A stretch of DNA of 64,000 nucleotides from an uncultured bacterium (GCA_963977015.1 CAXBMO010000011.1:96001-160000), one strand, 5' to 3'; positions 49,006 to 58,959 are shown, counted from the stretch's first letter. Translations and numbers: made by a program. Notes: generated by a model not told the origin, from the sequence alone.

Positions 49006-49647
49006 CTAGTTGTGGGGCAATTTGCCGTAACCGGCCTTGTTGTAGTCGCCCGTTCTCCGCGTATCGCCCGTATCGACAATCTTTGCCCGCTTGAATTGAA
49101 ACGGCGTGGGAAACTTGCTCGCGCTCCGCTTCAGATACGCCACGATGATGACGCCCTCGCGTCCCGCCTTCACCGACGCGTAGTTTTCCAGGATCAGGAT
49201 GGTGTAGGCGCACAGCCGCCCGATTCGAAACGCGGTATCCTGGGTGTAATAGTAGCGCCCGTGCTTCGGGTAAAAGCCGGGATGAATCAGGTGATGGATG
49301 ATGATCCCGCCATTCTTGCACGCATCGTGGCAGTTCTTGAAGAACATGTACTGGTCGTTCACGTGTTCGCCCGTTCCATAATTCGTCACCAGATCGAATT
49401 TTCCCTCCAATTCAGCCGGGATCGGCGTATCCAGATCATGGGCAATCGCCCCGTTTTGGCCGTTCAGGTCGATCGTCGCCACCTTTTTCGCGCCGCGTTC
49501 CAAATACCACTGGCGTGCCGGCATTCTGGGCTCGGGCGACTTGTGTTCGATCGCGCCCATCTCGAGGATCTTCAGCCCCTCATAGGACTTCCCCCGCATC
49601 GCAAGCGCTCGCTTTTCGACCTCACATTCTTCAACGTGTTTTCCCAT
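49006..49647 (-). CDS. Class I SAM-dependent methyltransferase-like protein
   Basis: ILEMG, TIDLNG and HDLDTPIP...KFDLVTNYGTGEHV. First gene of the GT cluster. Confidence 0.7.
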   Translation of the reverse strand: MGKHVEECEVEKRALAMRGKSYEGLKILEMGAIEHKSPEPRMPARQWYLERGAKKVATIDLNGQNGAIAHDLDTPIPAELEGKFDLVTNYGTGEHVNDQYMFFKNCHDACKNGGIIIHHLIHPGFYPKHGRYYYTQDTAFRIGRLCAYTILILENYASVKAGREGVIIVAYLKRSASKFPTPFQFKRAKIVDTGDTRRTGDYNKAGYGKLPHN

Positions 49648-49746
49648 AATCTTCGCGAAAAAGGCTCGGTAAAGGTGATTCTGGGCGAGTGCAAGGGGAA
49701 TTCGGGAGCCCGTGAGGCGCGGATGTCAGGCCGGAATCTGAACATG

Positions 49747-49780
49747 AAAAGACCCAGCCGCTTGGCTCAGCGACTGGGTC
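49747..49780 (-). terminator. Rho-independent terminator after the choice-of-anchor I gene
   Basis: Minus strand GACCCAGTCGCT-GAGCCA-AGCGGCTGGGTC followed by TTTT, about 55 nt past the stop. Confidence 0.7.
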
Positions 49781-49834
49781 CCCCCTTTAGTTACACGTTT
49801 CGAGGTGTGTCACAACAAGTCGAGGAGCCGGCGC

Positions 49835-51391
49835 TCAGTTCACGCCAACTTCGAAGACTGATACCGTTCCGCTTACCTCATTGCTCACCACAATCAGGTC
49901 CTTCCCGTTCGGGGACTCGGCCGCCGGGATGAAGACGATCGCCTCGGGGCCCAAATCGCCCGCATCGGCGGCTCCATCCGGGTTGTCTTCGTCAAATTCG
50001 ACCGCAAAGTTCCGGTTGTTCTCGTAGCCGGCGAACGTCGGTGCGGATGGATCGCTTACGTCGAACACCATCACGCCGCCGACGCGCTCCAATCCGACAA
50101 AACAAAACGTCCGCCCGCCGATCGTGCCCACCGCGATCGCTTCCGGCTCCGGCCCCTTGTCGTCGGAGCGATTCTTGAAACTCGGCGACTCGTCATTCGT
50201 CGCGTTGAACCCTTTGCCCAGCCGCTCCGAGGTAATCCGCTCAATCATGTCGCCGCTCTCCCAAACCAGCGTCATCTCGTCATCCCAAATCGCGAACGAG
50301 CGCGCGCCGTAACTGTAAATCTGGTCGATGTCTCCGTCGCCGTCGGTATCGCCCGTGGCGCTCGTCGTCTTCAGCCGGCCCAACTGCTTCACGTCCTGCA
50401 GCTCCGCCGCATTGGGGTAAGCCTCCGCATCCAGCTTCAGATCCTCGACCCGTTCCTCCTCGGAAAAACCGTCGTAATCGCGCGCATCACCCTCGTTCGC
50501 GGTAAAAATGAACGTCTTGTCATTGATCACCGCAGCCACCGCCGAATCCGGCTGATACATCCCCAGGACCGGCCACGTCTTGATCATCACCTCATCCGTC
50601 TTGTTGCTCGCATCAAACCCGTTGCCCGCTTCGTTGTGATCCTTGAACCCCAGCCCCACCAGCCCCTTGATGCTCTTGCTCGGCAGATCGATGATGAGCG
50701 CCCCATTGTTCTCCTGGCACATGATATAGGCCGTCTTGGAATCGCCCGAAATGCAGACGAATTCCGGCTCCAGATCCTGGGCAATGCTGGCTTTCTTTCC
50801 GAAAATTCGCACGCTCTCCGGCACCTCCGTAATCTCGCCGAACGTGATCTGCGTCACGGTCGAATCCGCCACGTTTTCAGCCACCTCCACCACCGTCACC
50901 GATCCCTCCGGATCGTTGTTGTAATCGTCATTCGGCTCCCCCTCGTTCGCCGTTACGATGAACCGGCCATCGGGCGAAATCCCAACGTTGTCCGGCAGCG
51001 CTCCGGTGGGGAAGGTCTGCAGCACCGCCCCATCCGTATCCATCACCACCAGCTTCCCGGGCGACTGTTTGTCGGCGGGAACGGCAGTCAACGCCACCAG
51101 GTTTCCGTGAACCGCCACGCAGGTGAACTCCTTGCCGTACTCGGAAACCGCAATCTCCTTCGCCGCGCTAATCTTGGACGGATCACTCAGATCAACGATC
51201 GTGATATTCCCCTTCTCGCCGTTCACGACAAAGGCCCGCTTCGTTCCCGGGTCATAATCGACGATCTCCGCTGCGCCCTCGTCAAAATTGCCCGTTTTCA
51301 GGGTGGAAAGAAGCTTCAGCGACACCGCGTCGTCCGCAAACGCGGCAACCGTGAAACCAATCGACACAACAACAGAGGCAAATATTTTCAT
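49835..51391 (-). CDS. Choice-of-anchor I family secreted beta-propeller protein (often annotated alkaline phosphatase)
   Basis: AAEIV, GALPD, TANEGEP, DLEPE, GMYQPD, ANEGDAR, YGARSF, RSDDKGPEPE, GLERVGG, DLGPE and NEVSGT. Confidence 0.88.
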   Translation of the reverse strand: MKIFASVVVSIGFTVAAFADDAVSLKLLSTLKTGNFDEGAAEIVDYDPGTKRAFVVNGEKGNITIVDLSDPSKISAAKEIAVSEYGKEFTCVAVHGNLVALTAVPADKQSPGKLVVMDTDGAVLQTFPTGALPDNVGISPDGRFIVTANEGEPNDDYNNDPEGSVTVVEVAENVADSTVTQITFGEITEVPESVRIFGKKASIAQDLEPEFVCISGDSKTAYIMCQENNGALIIDLPSKSIKGLVGLGFKDHNEAGNGFDASNKTDEVMIKTWPVLGMYQPDSAVAAVINDKTFIFTANEGDARDYDGFSEEERVEDLKLDAEAYPNAAELQDVKQLGRLKTTSATGDTDGDGDIDQIYSYGARSFAIWDDEMTLVWESGDMIERITSERLGKGFNATNDESPSFKNRSDDKGPEPEAIAVGTIGGRTFCFVGLERVGGVMVFDVSDPSAPTFAGYENNRNFAVEFDEDNPDGAADAGDLGPEAIVFIPAAESPNGKDLIVVSNEVSGTVSVFEVGVN

Positions 51392-51524
51392 GACAAGGGG
51401 AATCCTGAGGGCCGCCATTCTTGCCAAAATCCCCACCCAATGCATCTCTCACCGTGCGACAATCTCGTCACCAAAGGATTGATCGCTTCGCCTTGCCCAG
51501 TTCGTCGCGATTGCGGAAGAGCCG

Positions 51525-51619
51525 GGCGCGGGTAGCGGAATTTGCCAAAAATTCTGTCCTGCGGAGGTTGTGGGTCGATGCCAGGTTTCGGAATTTTGGC
51601 AAATTCCGCTACCCGCGCC
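51525..51619. repeat. 26-bp perfect inverted repeat; GTAG-type REP doublet (REPIN-like)
   Basis: GGCGCGGGTAGCGGAATTTGCCAAAA at 51525-51550 and its reverse complement at 51594-51619. Each arm carries GTAG plus an internal hairpin. Confidence 0.75.
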
Positions 51620-51724
51620 AAACCTCCATCGCCTTCAAATCCTTGGCGGTTCAGTAAAACGCCGAGCTCGCTCGGGTCGCAATTGCCCTCGAACGCCACT
51701 ACTACACCCATCTTACCTATCAGG

Positions 51725-52081
51725 TCGGCCTTTTTTAGGATCTCGCGTTGACGTTTGAGATACTCGTTTTCCTACTTGAGTTGCTTGATCTCGGCAACCG
51801 CATCCTCGGCCGACGCTTCGGCTCGACCTTTGTCGCCTGCGGCTCCAAAACTCTCACCTCCGCTCTGGCCGAGGATGCGGTTGCGCCAGCTCCGGAGGCT
51901 GTTGACGTTGACTCCCAGTTCGCGCGCGACCTGGCTGATGGGGCGTCCGCTGTTCCGAAGCAGGTCGACCGCGTCCCTGCGAAATTCCTCAGTGTAGGTG
52001 TTTCCGGTATTTGACATGATGATCTGATTTTTGATGGTCTCAGACCACGCCCCGCATGTCTACCGTTTCGGGGGAAGTTCA
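51725..52081 (-). mobile_element. Truncated IS3-family element: left IR + orfA pseudogene, orfB and right IR absent
   Basis: IR TGAACTTCCCCCGAAACGGTAGACA (52081-52057); orfA YTEEFRRDAV...VARELGV...W; in-frame TAG then ENEYLKRQREILKKA with an A6G slippery site. Confidence 0.88.
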
Positions 52082-52149
52082 TTTTGGGTAGAGCATTTGA
52101 AGAAACGACGTGGGAATTCATCCGTTACCCTTCCGCTTTAATCGAAACC

Positions 52150-54954
52150 TTACCAATTCACCGCCGCCCCTTCGGCATCGGCTAACTCCTCGGTGCGTCG
52201 CCTATACCCATGCTTCTGAATCAGCGCCTTGGCCTTGGCCAGTTCGTCGCGGTCGTGGAAGAGGCGGGCGCGGTGGAGGTGGATATCGGCGAGGTAGAGC
52301 GGCATCGGCCCGCGTTCGGCGATGAGCTGGGCCTCGTCAAAACTTTTGCATCCTGCTTCAATATTTCCCATAACACAATTTGTCCAACCGCAGTGCAATA
52401 GACCGACTGGGATAAAATGAACTTGGCCCGCTTTCCGAAGACTGCCTAGCGCCTGTTCCGCCAACGAATGAACTTTACTGGAAAAACTTTCAGCGATCTT
52501 CCCATTGTCGGGTTCAAAGCCACGAAAGGCCGCGACACGGGCCAAAAGGGTTTGGTCCAACGCTGTGGCAATCAAACTGGGTTCCCCATAGGGAACTTTT
52601 CGCGTTGCTCTTGATTGAACTTTTTTACAGATATTTAGAAGCCCTTTCGATTTCAGCGGGGACCTCAAAAGAAATGCTCGCCAGTACAGAACGTCCAATT
52701 TTCGGAGGAGAAATTCACAGTATCGGAAGCCAGCTATTCCTCCGAGAATTGGATAAACGGGTCTAAATCGCTTTTGGATTTGCTCTGCGAGGTGAAATGC
52801 TTCCTGAGCAGATTTTGAGTCTCCGTCCAGGAATTGATGGAATGCTACCGTAGCGAGGGTGGACACCTGTTGGAATTTCTCCCTCGCATTTATGGCAATT
52901 TTCGCAGCTTGAACTCCGTAATCGATTGAAGACGGGAGGTTGCCAAGAAAGCCGTAGATCTCACTCAAATTGTTGGCGCTTCCTGCCGCAGCTTTGAGTT
53001 GGCCTAAATTCTCGCGTGCTTGCATCGCTAGGTGCATCGGTTGAACTGATTCTGGCAGTCTGCCCATTGCTCTTAAGAGAAATGCTGCCTCACTCAAGAG
53101 CCAAGCTTGCAGCAGATTGTTCAGCCGGGGCGTCGGTTTGTCCCAAACTTCGTCAAAGAAACTTGCAGTAGCAGAGAGGTCTGAACCAATGGCTCCCAAT
53201 TTATCAGTGGAAAAGAATTCGGTGCGCACACCCTTCTTTAATTCTCTTCTTAGGATTCTTTTTTGAAAAACTTTCAGGGCTTCCTGTTGCCGCTGTGCAA
53301 GACAGCCGTGGCCAACAGCTTGGTAGAGAGGCTGAAGCCCGCCGAGGGTCCCCGGCTTTTCATCGGTGCTCTCGCAGAGGTAGTCGAAGAGGCGGCTGTG
53401 CCCGGCGGCGAAGGCTCCGGGTTGGTCCACCTTCAACTTTTCTGCGAAGTATTCGCGGATCAATGGATGAGCGTCGATACCGTAGGAGGATGGAGCATGA
53501 CTGCCGGAAGAAAGTTCATTCAGCGTGATAAGATGGAGGCGTTCGAGGCCTTTAAGAGCCAGATTCCAGTCGATTTTGCTGAGGGTGACTATGGAGTCGG
53601 TGAGGCCTGGGATCGCGGGGGGCTGGCGGAGAGCCGCCAGGCAGCCTGGATCGACCGGGCGGTCGAAAAGACCGGTGAGGCGGAGGATTTCGAGGGCGTA
53701 GGTTGGACGGCCAATCCGAGTGGCGGAGCCTTTGCTCGCGGACAGGCTGTTCACGCTACTATCTTGGGCAAGCCACTCCTCATACGCAGTGATGACACCG
53801 AAAGCGTTGCGCTGAGTGAAGTGCTCGCCAGCTTGGTAAAAAGTAACCACGTCCCGCTTCCGGATATCCCCGCCATGGGCATCGGCGAGGAAGCGTCCCA
53901 ACATCTTCAAGGTGAGCGCATGACCGCCAACTTCCTCACAGGCTTTCACCAACTCTTCATCGGTGCCGTTGATCTGGAGATAGCGCAGTAAACTGATCGC
54001 TGCGTCTTGGTTGAGCATATTCAGTTCTTCTTCCGGGCAAACGCCTGTACGGAAGGGGCGCAGATCAGAAATCGACTCTCGGCTAGTGACGATGCAAAGG
54101 CCGGGGTGGCCCATCGCGAGATTGACGAGGAGGGTTCTAAGCCCTTCGTCTTTTAATTCGCCTGGACGCGCTTTGTCAATGCCCGGGAACTGAAGTGGTT
54201 CCAGTCCATCAAGGATAAGCAAGGCGTGGTGCTGTTTGATGAGTCCCGCGAGCCGTTCGCCACGATCGTGTGGACCGCCCAGCGTGGGGTCGGGATCGCC
54301 GAAAAACTTGAGGGCCTCGCTAAGAAAGAGATCGGCGCTGGATTGGGAGGCTTCGCGGCTGCCCTGGCTGTAGAAGGACCAGTCAAAGTAGCGATCCACC
54401 CCCGGCCAGCCCTTCGCCGCCAAGGAATCCGTCATCCACTTCGCGACGAGGGAGGTCTTGCCCGAACCGCCGAAGGCGATGAGGGACAGGATGTGGGTGG
54501 ATTCGCGCTGCGCCCAGGCGTCGTCGAGCATCGCCAGCTCCGTTTCGCGGCCGAAGAGGTGTTTGGGGGCGTGGCGGAGGAGACGGGAGGGGGCGTTTTG
54601 TTGCCTGGTGTCGATGTGGGTTCTCAGGTCATCGACGTGGATGTTCGCGAGATAGTCGGGCAGCTCGCAGTCGTCGATACGGATGGGGTGGAGTTCTTTC
54701 TTGTAGAATTTGCCAAGTTCCCATTCCCATTTAACCCACTTGGATAGGGCTGAGTGTTTGGACAGGACAAGGACGAGTCGGTCCGTATCTTTGATCGCTT
54801 CGTGGATGGCGTCGGTAAAATCGGTTCCGGCCTGAATGGAATCGATGTCATTGAAGACGTTTTCATACCCCATTTTTCGGTAATGATTACCGAGCTGCGC
54901 GACGTAGGCGTCGTCTTGTGTGCTGTGACTAATGAACGCTTTTTTCTCCGCCAT
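52150..54954 (-). CDS. TIR domain + STAND-type P-loop NTPase + TPR-like helical repeats (NLR-like protein)
   Basis: AFISHS...LVLSKHSALSKWVKWE (TIR), LFGRETEL, GGSGKTSL (Walker A), LLILDGLE (Walker B), VTSRE, GGHALTL and HPLIREYF. Confidence 0.88.
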   Translation of the reverse strand: MAEKKAFISHSTQDDAYVAQLGNHYRKMGYENVFNDIDSIQAGTDFTDAIHEAIKDTDRLVLVLSKHSALSKWVKWEWELGKFYKKELHPIRIDDCELPDYLANIHVDDLRTHIDTRQQNAPSRLLRHAPKHLFGRETELAMLDDAWAQRESTHILSLIAFGGSGKTSLVAKWMTDSLAAKGWPGVDRYFDWSFYSQGSREASQSSADLFLSEALKFFGDPDPTLGGPHDRGERLAGLIKQHHALLILDGLEPLQFPGIDKARPGELKDEGLRTLLVNLAMGHPGLCIVTSRESISDLRPFRTGVCPEEELNMLNQDAAISLLRYLQINGTDEELVKACEEVGGHALTLKMLGRFLADAHGGDIRKRDVVTFYQAGEHFTQRNAFGVITAYEEWLAQDSSVNSLSASKGSATRIGRPTYALEILRLTGLFDRPVDPGCLAALRQPPAIPGLTDSIVTLSKIDWNLALKGLERLHLITLNELSSGSHAPSSYGIDAHPLIREYFAEKLKVDQPGAFAAGHSRLFDYLCESTDEKPGTLGGLQPLYQAVGHGCLAQRQQEALKVFQKRILRRELKKGVRTEFFSTDKLGAIGSDLSATASFFDEVWDKPTPRLNNLLQAWLLSEAAFLLRAMGRLPESVQPMHLAMQARENLGQLKAAAGSANNLSEIYGFLGNLPSSIDYGVQAAKIAINAREKFQQVSTLATVAFHQFLDGDSKSAQEAFHLAEQIQKRFRPVYPILGGIAGFRYCEFLLRKLDVLYWRAFLLRSPLKSKGLLNICKKVQSRATRKVPYGEPSLIATALDQTLLARVAAFRGFEPDNGKIAESFSSKVHSLAEQALGSLRKAGQVHFIPVGLLHCGWTNCVMGNIEAGCKSFDEAQLIAERGPMPLYLADIHLHRARLFHDRDELAKAKALIQKHGYRRRTEELADAEGAAVNW

Positions 54955-55148
54955 GCCGTAACCTGATAGGAAATTGCAAGAAAGGTGGCCTACCCTTGCG
55001 ATTTCGTCAACGCATCGCGGCGATGGTCATTCGCCGGGAGTTGGTGCGAAATGGACCGCAACGGCCGGTCGTCGCGACTTCTGGCTGCCCAAACTCCCCG
55101 ATTCTTTACGGTTTACGGATCACGGTTCACTGCCATATTCCCCGCCCC

Positions 55149-57827
55149 ATGTCTGAATTAAGCAAGGCCTATCAACCCACCGACGTCGAGGAAAAGTGGT
55201 ATTCCCGCTGGACGGAGTCGGAGTGTTTTCGTGGAGACGAGGAGTCGTCGGAACCCGGATATTCGATCGTGATTCCGCCTCCGAACGTCACCGGGATTCT
55301 GCATCTGGGTCATGTGCTGAACAATACGATCCAGGACATCCTGGCGCGACGGGCCCGTCAGCAGGGAAAAACCGTGCTGTGGTTGCCGGGAACGGACCAC
55401 GCGGGGATCGCGACGCAGAGCAAGGTGGAGCAGAAGCTGCGCAAGGAGGAGAGAAAAACGCGTCACGACCTGGGGCGCGAGGCGTTTCTCGAGCAGGTTT
55501 GGGATTGGAAGGAGAAGCACGGCGGCATCATCATCAAGCAGTTGAAGCGGCTGGGGTGTTCCTGCGATTGGAGCCGGGAGCGCTTCACGATGGATGAGGA
55601 TTACAGCCGCTGGATCTCGAAGATTTTTGTCGATCTCTTCAACGAGGGCCTCATTTATCGCGGCAAACGGATGGTGAACTGGTGCCCCAAATCGCTGACG
55701 GCGTTGAGCGATGAGGAGGTGATCATGAAGCCGCAGAAGGGCAAGTTCTACACGATGCGCTACAAGATCGTGGGCGATGAGGAGCGCTTTGTCGAGATCG
55801 GCACAACGCGACCGGAGACGCTGATGGGCGATACTGCAGTGGCGGTGCATCCCAAGGACAAGCGTTACGCGGACCTGATCGGCAAGGAAGTGTGGCGACC
55901 GTTCCCGAAGGCGAAAATCCCGGTGGTGGCGAGCGATCACATCGACATGGAGTTCGGCACTGGCGTGCTGAAGGTGACGCCGGCTCACGACAAGGTGGAC
56001 TTTGAAATCGGGGTGAAGAACAACCTGCCGATCATCGATGTGTTCAACCCGGACGGGACGCTGAACGAACATGCGGGCGAGGAATTCGAGGGGATGGATC
56101 GTTTCGACGCTCGCGTCAAGGCGGCGGAGAAGCTGGATGAGATGGGTCTGCTGGTGAAGGAGGAGGATTACGAGAACAACGTCGGGTTCAGCGAACGCGC
56201 CGATGTGCCGATCGAGCCGCGCATTTCGATGCAGTGGTTCATGAAGTATCCGTGCGTGGAGGAGGCGACGCAGGCCGTTGCCAAGAACGAGATCACGTTC
56301 CGCCCCGAGCGGTGGCAGAAGACGTATTTGCATTGGATGGAGGGGATTCAGGATTGGTGCATCAGCCGCCAGCTTTGGTGGGGGCACCAGATTCCGGTGT
56401 GGTATCGCAAGGACAAGGCGGAGGCACTCCAGAATGCGGAGTCGCTCGATATGTCGAACCTGGGCGAGGACCTCTATTGCGGGATCGAACCTCCGGAAGG
56501 GGAGGGCGAATGGACGCGCGATCCCGACGTGCTCGACACCTGGTTCAGCAGTTGGCTCTGGCCGTTCGCGACGATGCGCAACAGCGACGAGGAATCGACC
56601 AAGACGCTGGAGAAGTTCTATCCCACCACCGATTTGGTGACGGGGCCGGACATCATCTTTTTCTGGGTCGCGCGGATGATCATGGCCGGGTATCGCTTTC
56701 AGGGCGGCCTGCCGTTCAAGAACGTGTTCTTCACCTCGATCATTCGCGACAAGAAGGGCCGCAAGCTTTCCAAGTCACTCGGGAACTCTCCCGATCCGCT
56801 TGATTTGATCGATCAGTTTGGAGCCGACGGGGTTCGGTTCGGCCTGATGCGGATCGCGCCGACGGGAACGGACGTGCGCTATGATGAGGATCAAATCGTC
56901 GAGGGACGCAACTTCGCGAACAAGTTCTGGAACGCGTGCCGGTATCGCCAGATGCAGGGTGACGTGGATGTTGAGCCGGCTGCGCCTTCGATCTACGCGA
57001 TCGATATTCTCGCGAAGCTGGAGGATCTCGAGAAGAACCTGGAGCGGGCCTACGGGAACTACAAGTTTAACGAGATTGCTCAACTGCTCTACGACTTTGT
57101 CTGGAGCGAATTTTGCGATTGGTATCTCGAATCGATCAAGGGCGACTTTGCCGAGGACGCGGATCCGGCCCGGAAATCCGCCACGTTGAAGACGATCGAC
57201 AGCATCCTGCGTCGCGTCATCCAGCAGCTGCATCCTTACATGCCGCACATGACGGAGGAGTTGTGGGAGACGCTCGGCTTTGCCGAGGAAGGCGAGTTTT
57301 TGATGCTGAAGGCGTTGCCGGAAGGCTCCCCGTTGGAAGGGCTCGACGTGGCGACGGTCGAGCGTTCGCGGCGTCAGGCCGAAGCCGTCTATCACGCCGT
57401 GGGCCGGGCGCGGAATTTGAAGGCGGAATACAACCTCGCCTCGAGCAAAAGCGTGAAGTTCATCCTCGCGCCGAACGAGGATTGGGTGGGCGCCGAAGCG
57501 GACGTCTTTCGCAACTTGTCAGGTGCCGGCGAAGTCATCATCGACAGCGATCACGAACCGGAAAAAGGCGAGCCGAGTGCGTTAACCGACATCGGCCGCA
57601 TCTACATGCCCTTGGCCGGACTCATCGACGTCGACGCCGAGAAGAAGCGTCTTGGCGGCGAACTCGCCAAGGTCGAGAAAGAGGTCATGATCTGCGAGAA
57701 GAAGCTTTCCAACGAGAAATTCGTCGCCAACGCCAAGCCGGAAGTCGTCGCAAAAGAGCGGGAGCGGCTGGAAAACTGGAACACGCGCAAGGCGGAGCTT
57801 GGCGAAATGCTGGCGGCGTTGGAGTAA
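55149..57827 (+). CDS. valS: Valine--tRNA ligase
   Basis: PPPNVTGILHLGH, GTDHAGIATQ, DWCISRQLWWGH, DTWFSS, KLSKS and a C-terminal coiled coil. Confidence 0.98.
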   Translation: MSELSKAYQPTDVEEKWYSRWTESECFRGDEESSEPGYSIVIPPPNVTGILHLGHVLNNTIQDILARRARQQGKTVLWLPGTDHAGIATQSKVEQKLRKEERKTRHDLGREAFLEQVWDWKEKHGGIIIKQLKRLGCSCDWSRERFTMDEDYSRWISKIFVDLFNEGLIYRGKRMVNWCPKSLTALSDEEVIMKPQKGKFYTMRYKIVGDEERFVEIGTTRPETLMGDTAVAVHPKDKRYADLIGKEVWRPFPKAKIPVVASDHIDMEFGTGVLKVTPAHDKVDFEIGVKNNLPIIDVFNPDGTLNEHAGEEFEGMDRFDARVKAAEKLDEMGLLVKEEDYENNVGFSERADVPIEPRISMQWFMKYPCVEEATQAVAKNEITFRPERWQKTYLHWMEGIQDWCISRQLWWGHQIPVWYRKDKAEALQNAESLDMSNLGEDLYCGIEPPEGEGEWTRDPDVLDTWFSSWLWPFATMRNSDEESTKTLEKFYPTTDLVTGPDIIFFWVARMIMAGYRFQGGLPFKNVFFTSIIRDKKGRKLSKSLGNSPDPLDLIDQFGADGVRFGLMRIAPTGTDVRYDEDQIVEGRNFANKFWNACRYRQMQGDVDVEPAAPSIYAIDILAKLEDLEKNLERAYGNYKFNEIAQLLYDFVWSEFCDWYLESIKGDFAEDADPARKSATLKTIDSILRRVIQQLHPYMPHMTEELWETLGFAEEGEFLMLKALPEGSPLEGLDVATVERSRRQAEAVYHAVGRARNLKAEYNLASSKSVKFILAPNEDWVGAEADVFRNLSGAGEVIIDSDHEPEKGEPSALTDIGRIYMPLAGLIDVDAEKKRLGGELAKVEKEVMICEKKLSNEKFVANAKPEVVAKERERLENWNTRKAELGEMLAALE

Positions 57828-57897
57828 CGAATACGACGACTTGATTCGGGATTTCGAAAAGCTTGACGCTGCTCATCGAGTTGCCTAGCTTCAGCAA

Positions 57898-58959
57898 ATG
57901 GTGCGATCTTCTACGTCAGGTTTGGGATTCCCAGGGATTCGAAAGAGATGGGGTTTTCTCATGTTCTTGGTCTTGACTGTGGGGACGACGTGGTCGGAAT
58001 CCACCAATATTTCCTTGGAAACATTGCGTGAGCAATACGAGAAAAAGTTGGAGGAAGTGCGGCGACCCGTCGTGAATTTGCAGGCGCGTTACGAGCAGGA
58101 ATTGGAGAAGTTAAAACAGGTTACCCAAAAGAGCGGAGCGCTCGACCGGGTGTTGAAGATAGAGACAGAACGTGATTCTTATCTTCAAAACAAAGAAGTC
58201 GATCTTTCATCGTTTCCGGAATTGGAAAAGCTTCGAGCGACCTATGACATGGCCATGAACCGGGTCATGCCAGACGTTCGAAATGATGAGGACAAAGTGA
58301 CCGCCATTTATGTGCAACAATTGGAGGCGCTAAAAAAACAGCTAACGCAGCAGGGGAAGATGAAGGAGGCATTGGAAGCTGATCAAGCGATCCAATCTAT
58401 CGAGGCGCTGAAGAACGAACTGCGGATTGTCGAGCAACGTTCTGCAAATCCCCGAAGAAATGAAAAGGTCGCTTGGGAGTTGATAGGGAAAGACGACTAC
58501 GAAACTTCCGGGGCACTCGAGATCGAGGAAGAGGGCCCCGTTTTTAAGCTCCGTACACCGGGTGACGAGGCTTGGATTCAATCCAAAGTTTCCATGAAAT
58601 CACCCTACCGAATCGCTCTTTCTTGTGCCACCGACTCTACCAATATCAGAATTTATTTTGGTCAATGTCGTCTGATATTTAATTGGGAAGTCAGACCGGA
58701 TCAACTGCGTTTTTGGGACCGCCTTAGCTCTAATCCCGTGCAACCGGTTGACGGAAAAGGAAAGGTTTCGGTAGGAGACGTTCACGACTTTAGTATCGAA
58801 GTCACAGATAAAAAGATCGAAGTCTATGTTGATGGCCGTAAGCGAGCATACTTTGAGGGTGACTACTCCAAGCTTGAGGGACCGGTAGGAGTGGGGCCTG
58901 CGCATGGCAGTGTCGTCACGATAGAATCGTTTGGTGTTTTGGTGTCGAAAGACTACTGA
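57898..58959 (+). CDS. Hypothetical exported protein (coiled coil + beta-sandwich/lectin-like C-terminus)
   Basis: Long ORF with a hydrophobic N-terminus, visibly more AT-rich than valS. The start is uncertain. Confidence 0.65.
   Translation: MVRSSTSGLGFPGIRKRWGFLMFLVLTVGTTWSESTNISLETLREQYEKKLEEVRRPVVNLQARYEQELEKLKQVTQKSGALDRVLKIETERDSYLQNKEVDLSSFPELEKLRATYDMAMNRVMPDVRNDEDKVTAIYVQQLEALKKQLTQQGKMKEALEADQAIQSIEALKNELRIVEQRSANPRRNEKVAWELIGKDDYETSGALEIEEEGPVFKLRTPGDEAWIQSKVSMKSPYRIALSCATDSTNIRIYFGQCRLIFNWEVRPDQLRFWDRLSSNPVQPVDGKGKVSVGDVHDFSIEVTDKKIEVYVDGRKRAYFEGDYSKLEGPVGVGPAHGSVVTIESFGVLVSKDY

Noticed and set aside
48529-49932. 467-aa plus-strand ORF and other long antisense ORFs (e.g. 31348-32475, 55158-56387)
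   Set aside because: Shadow frames of GC-rich genes on the opposite strand, with no motifs.
51716-54970. 10-bp inverted match (CCTATCAGGT / ACCTGATAGG) bracketing the IS relic and TIR gene
   Set aside because: Too short, with no target duplication or cognate transposase; compatible with chance.
56763-56777. KLSKS instead of KMSKS in ValRS
   Set aside because: A conservative variant within the normal range for class I synthetases.
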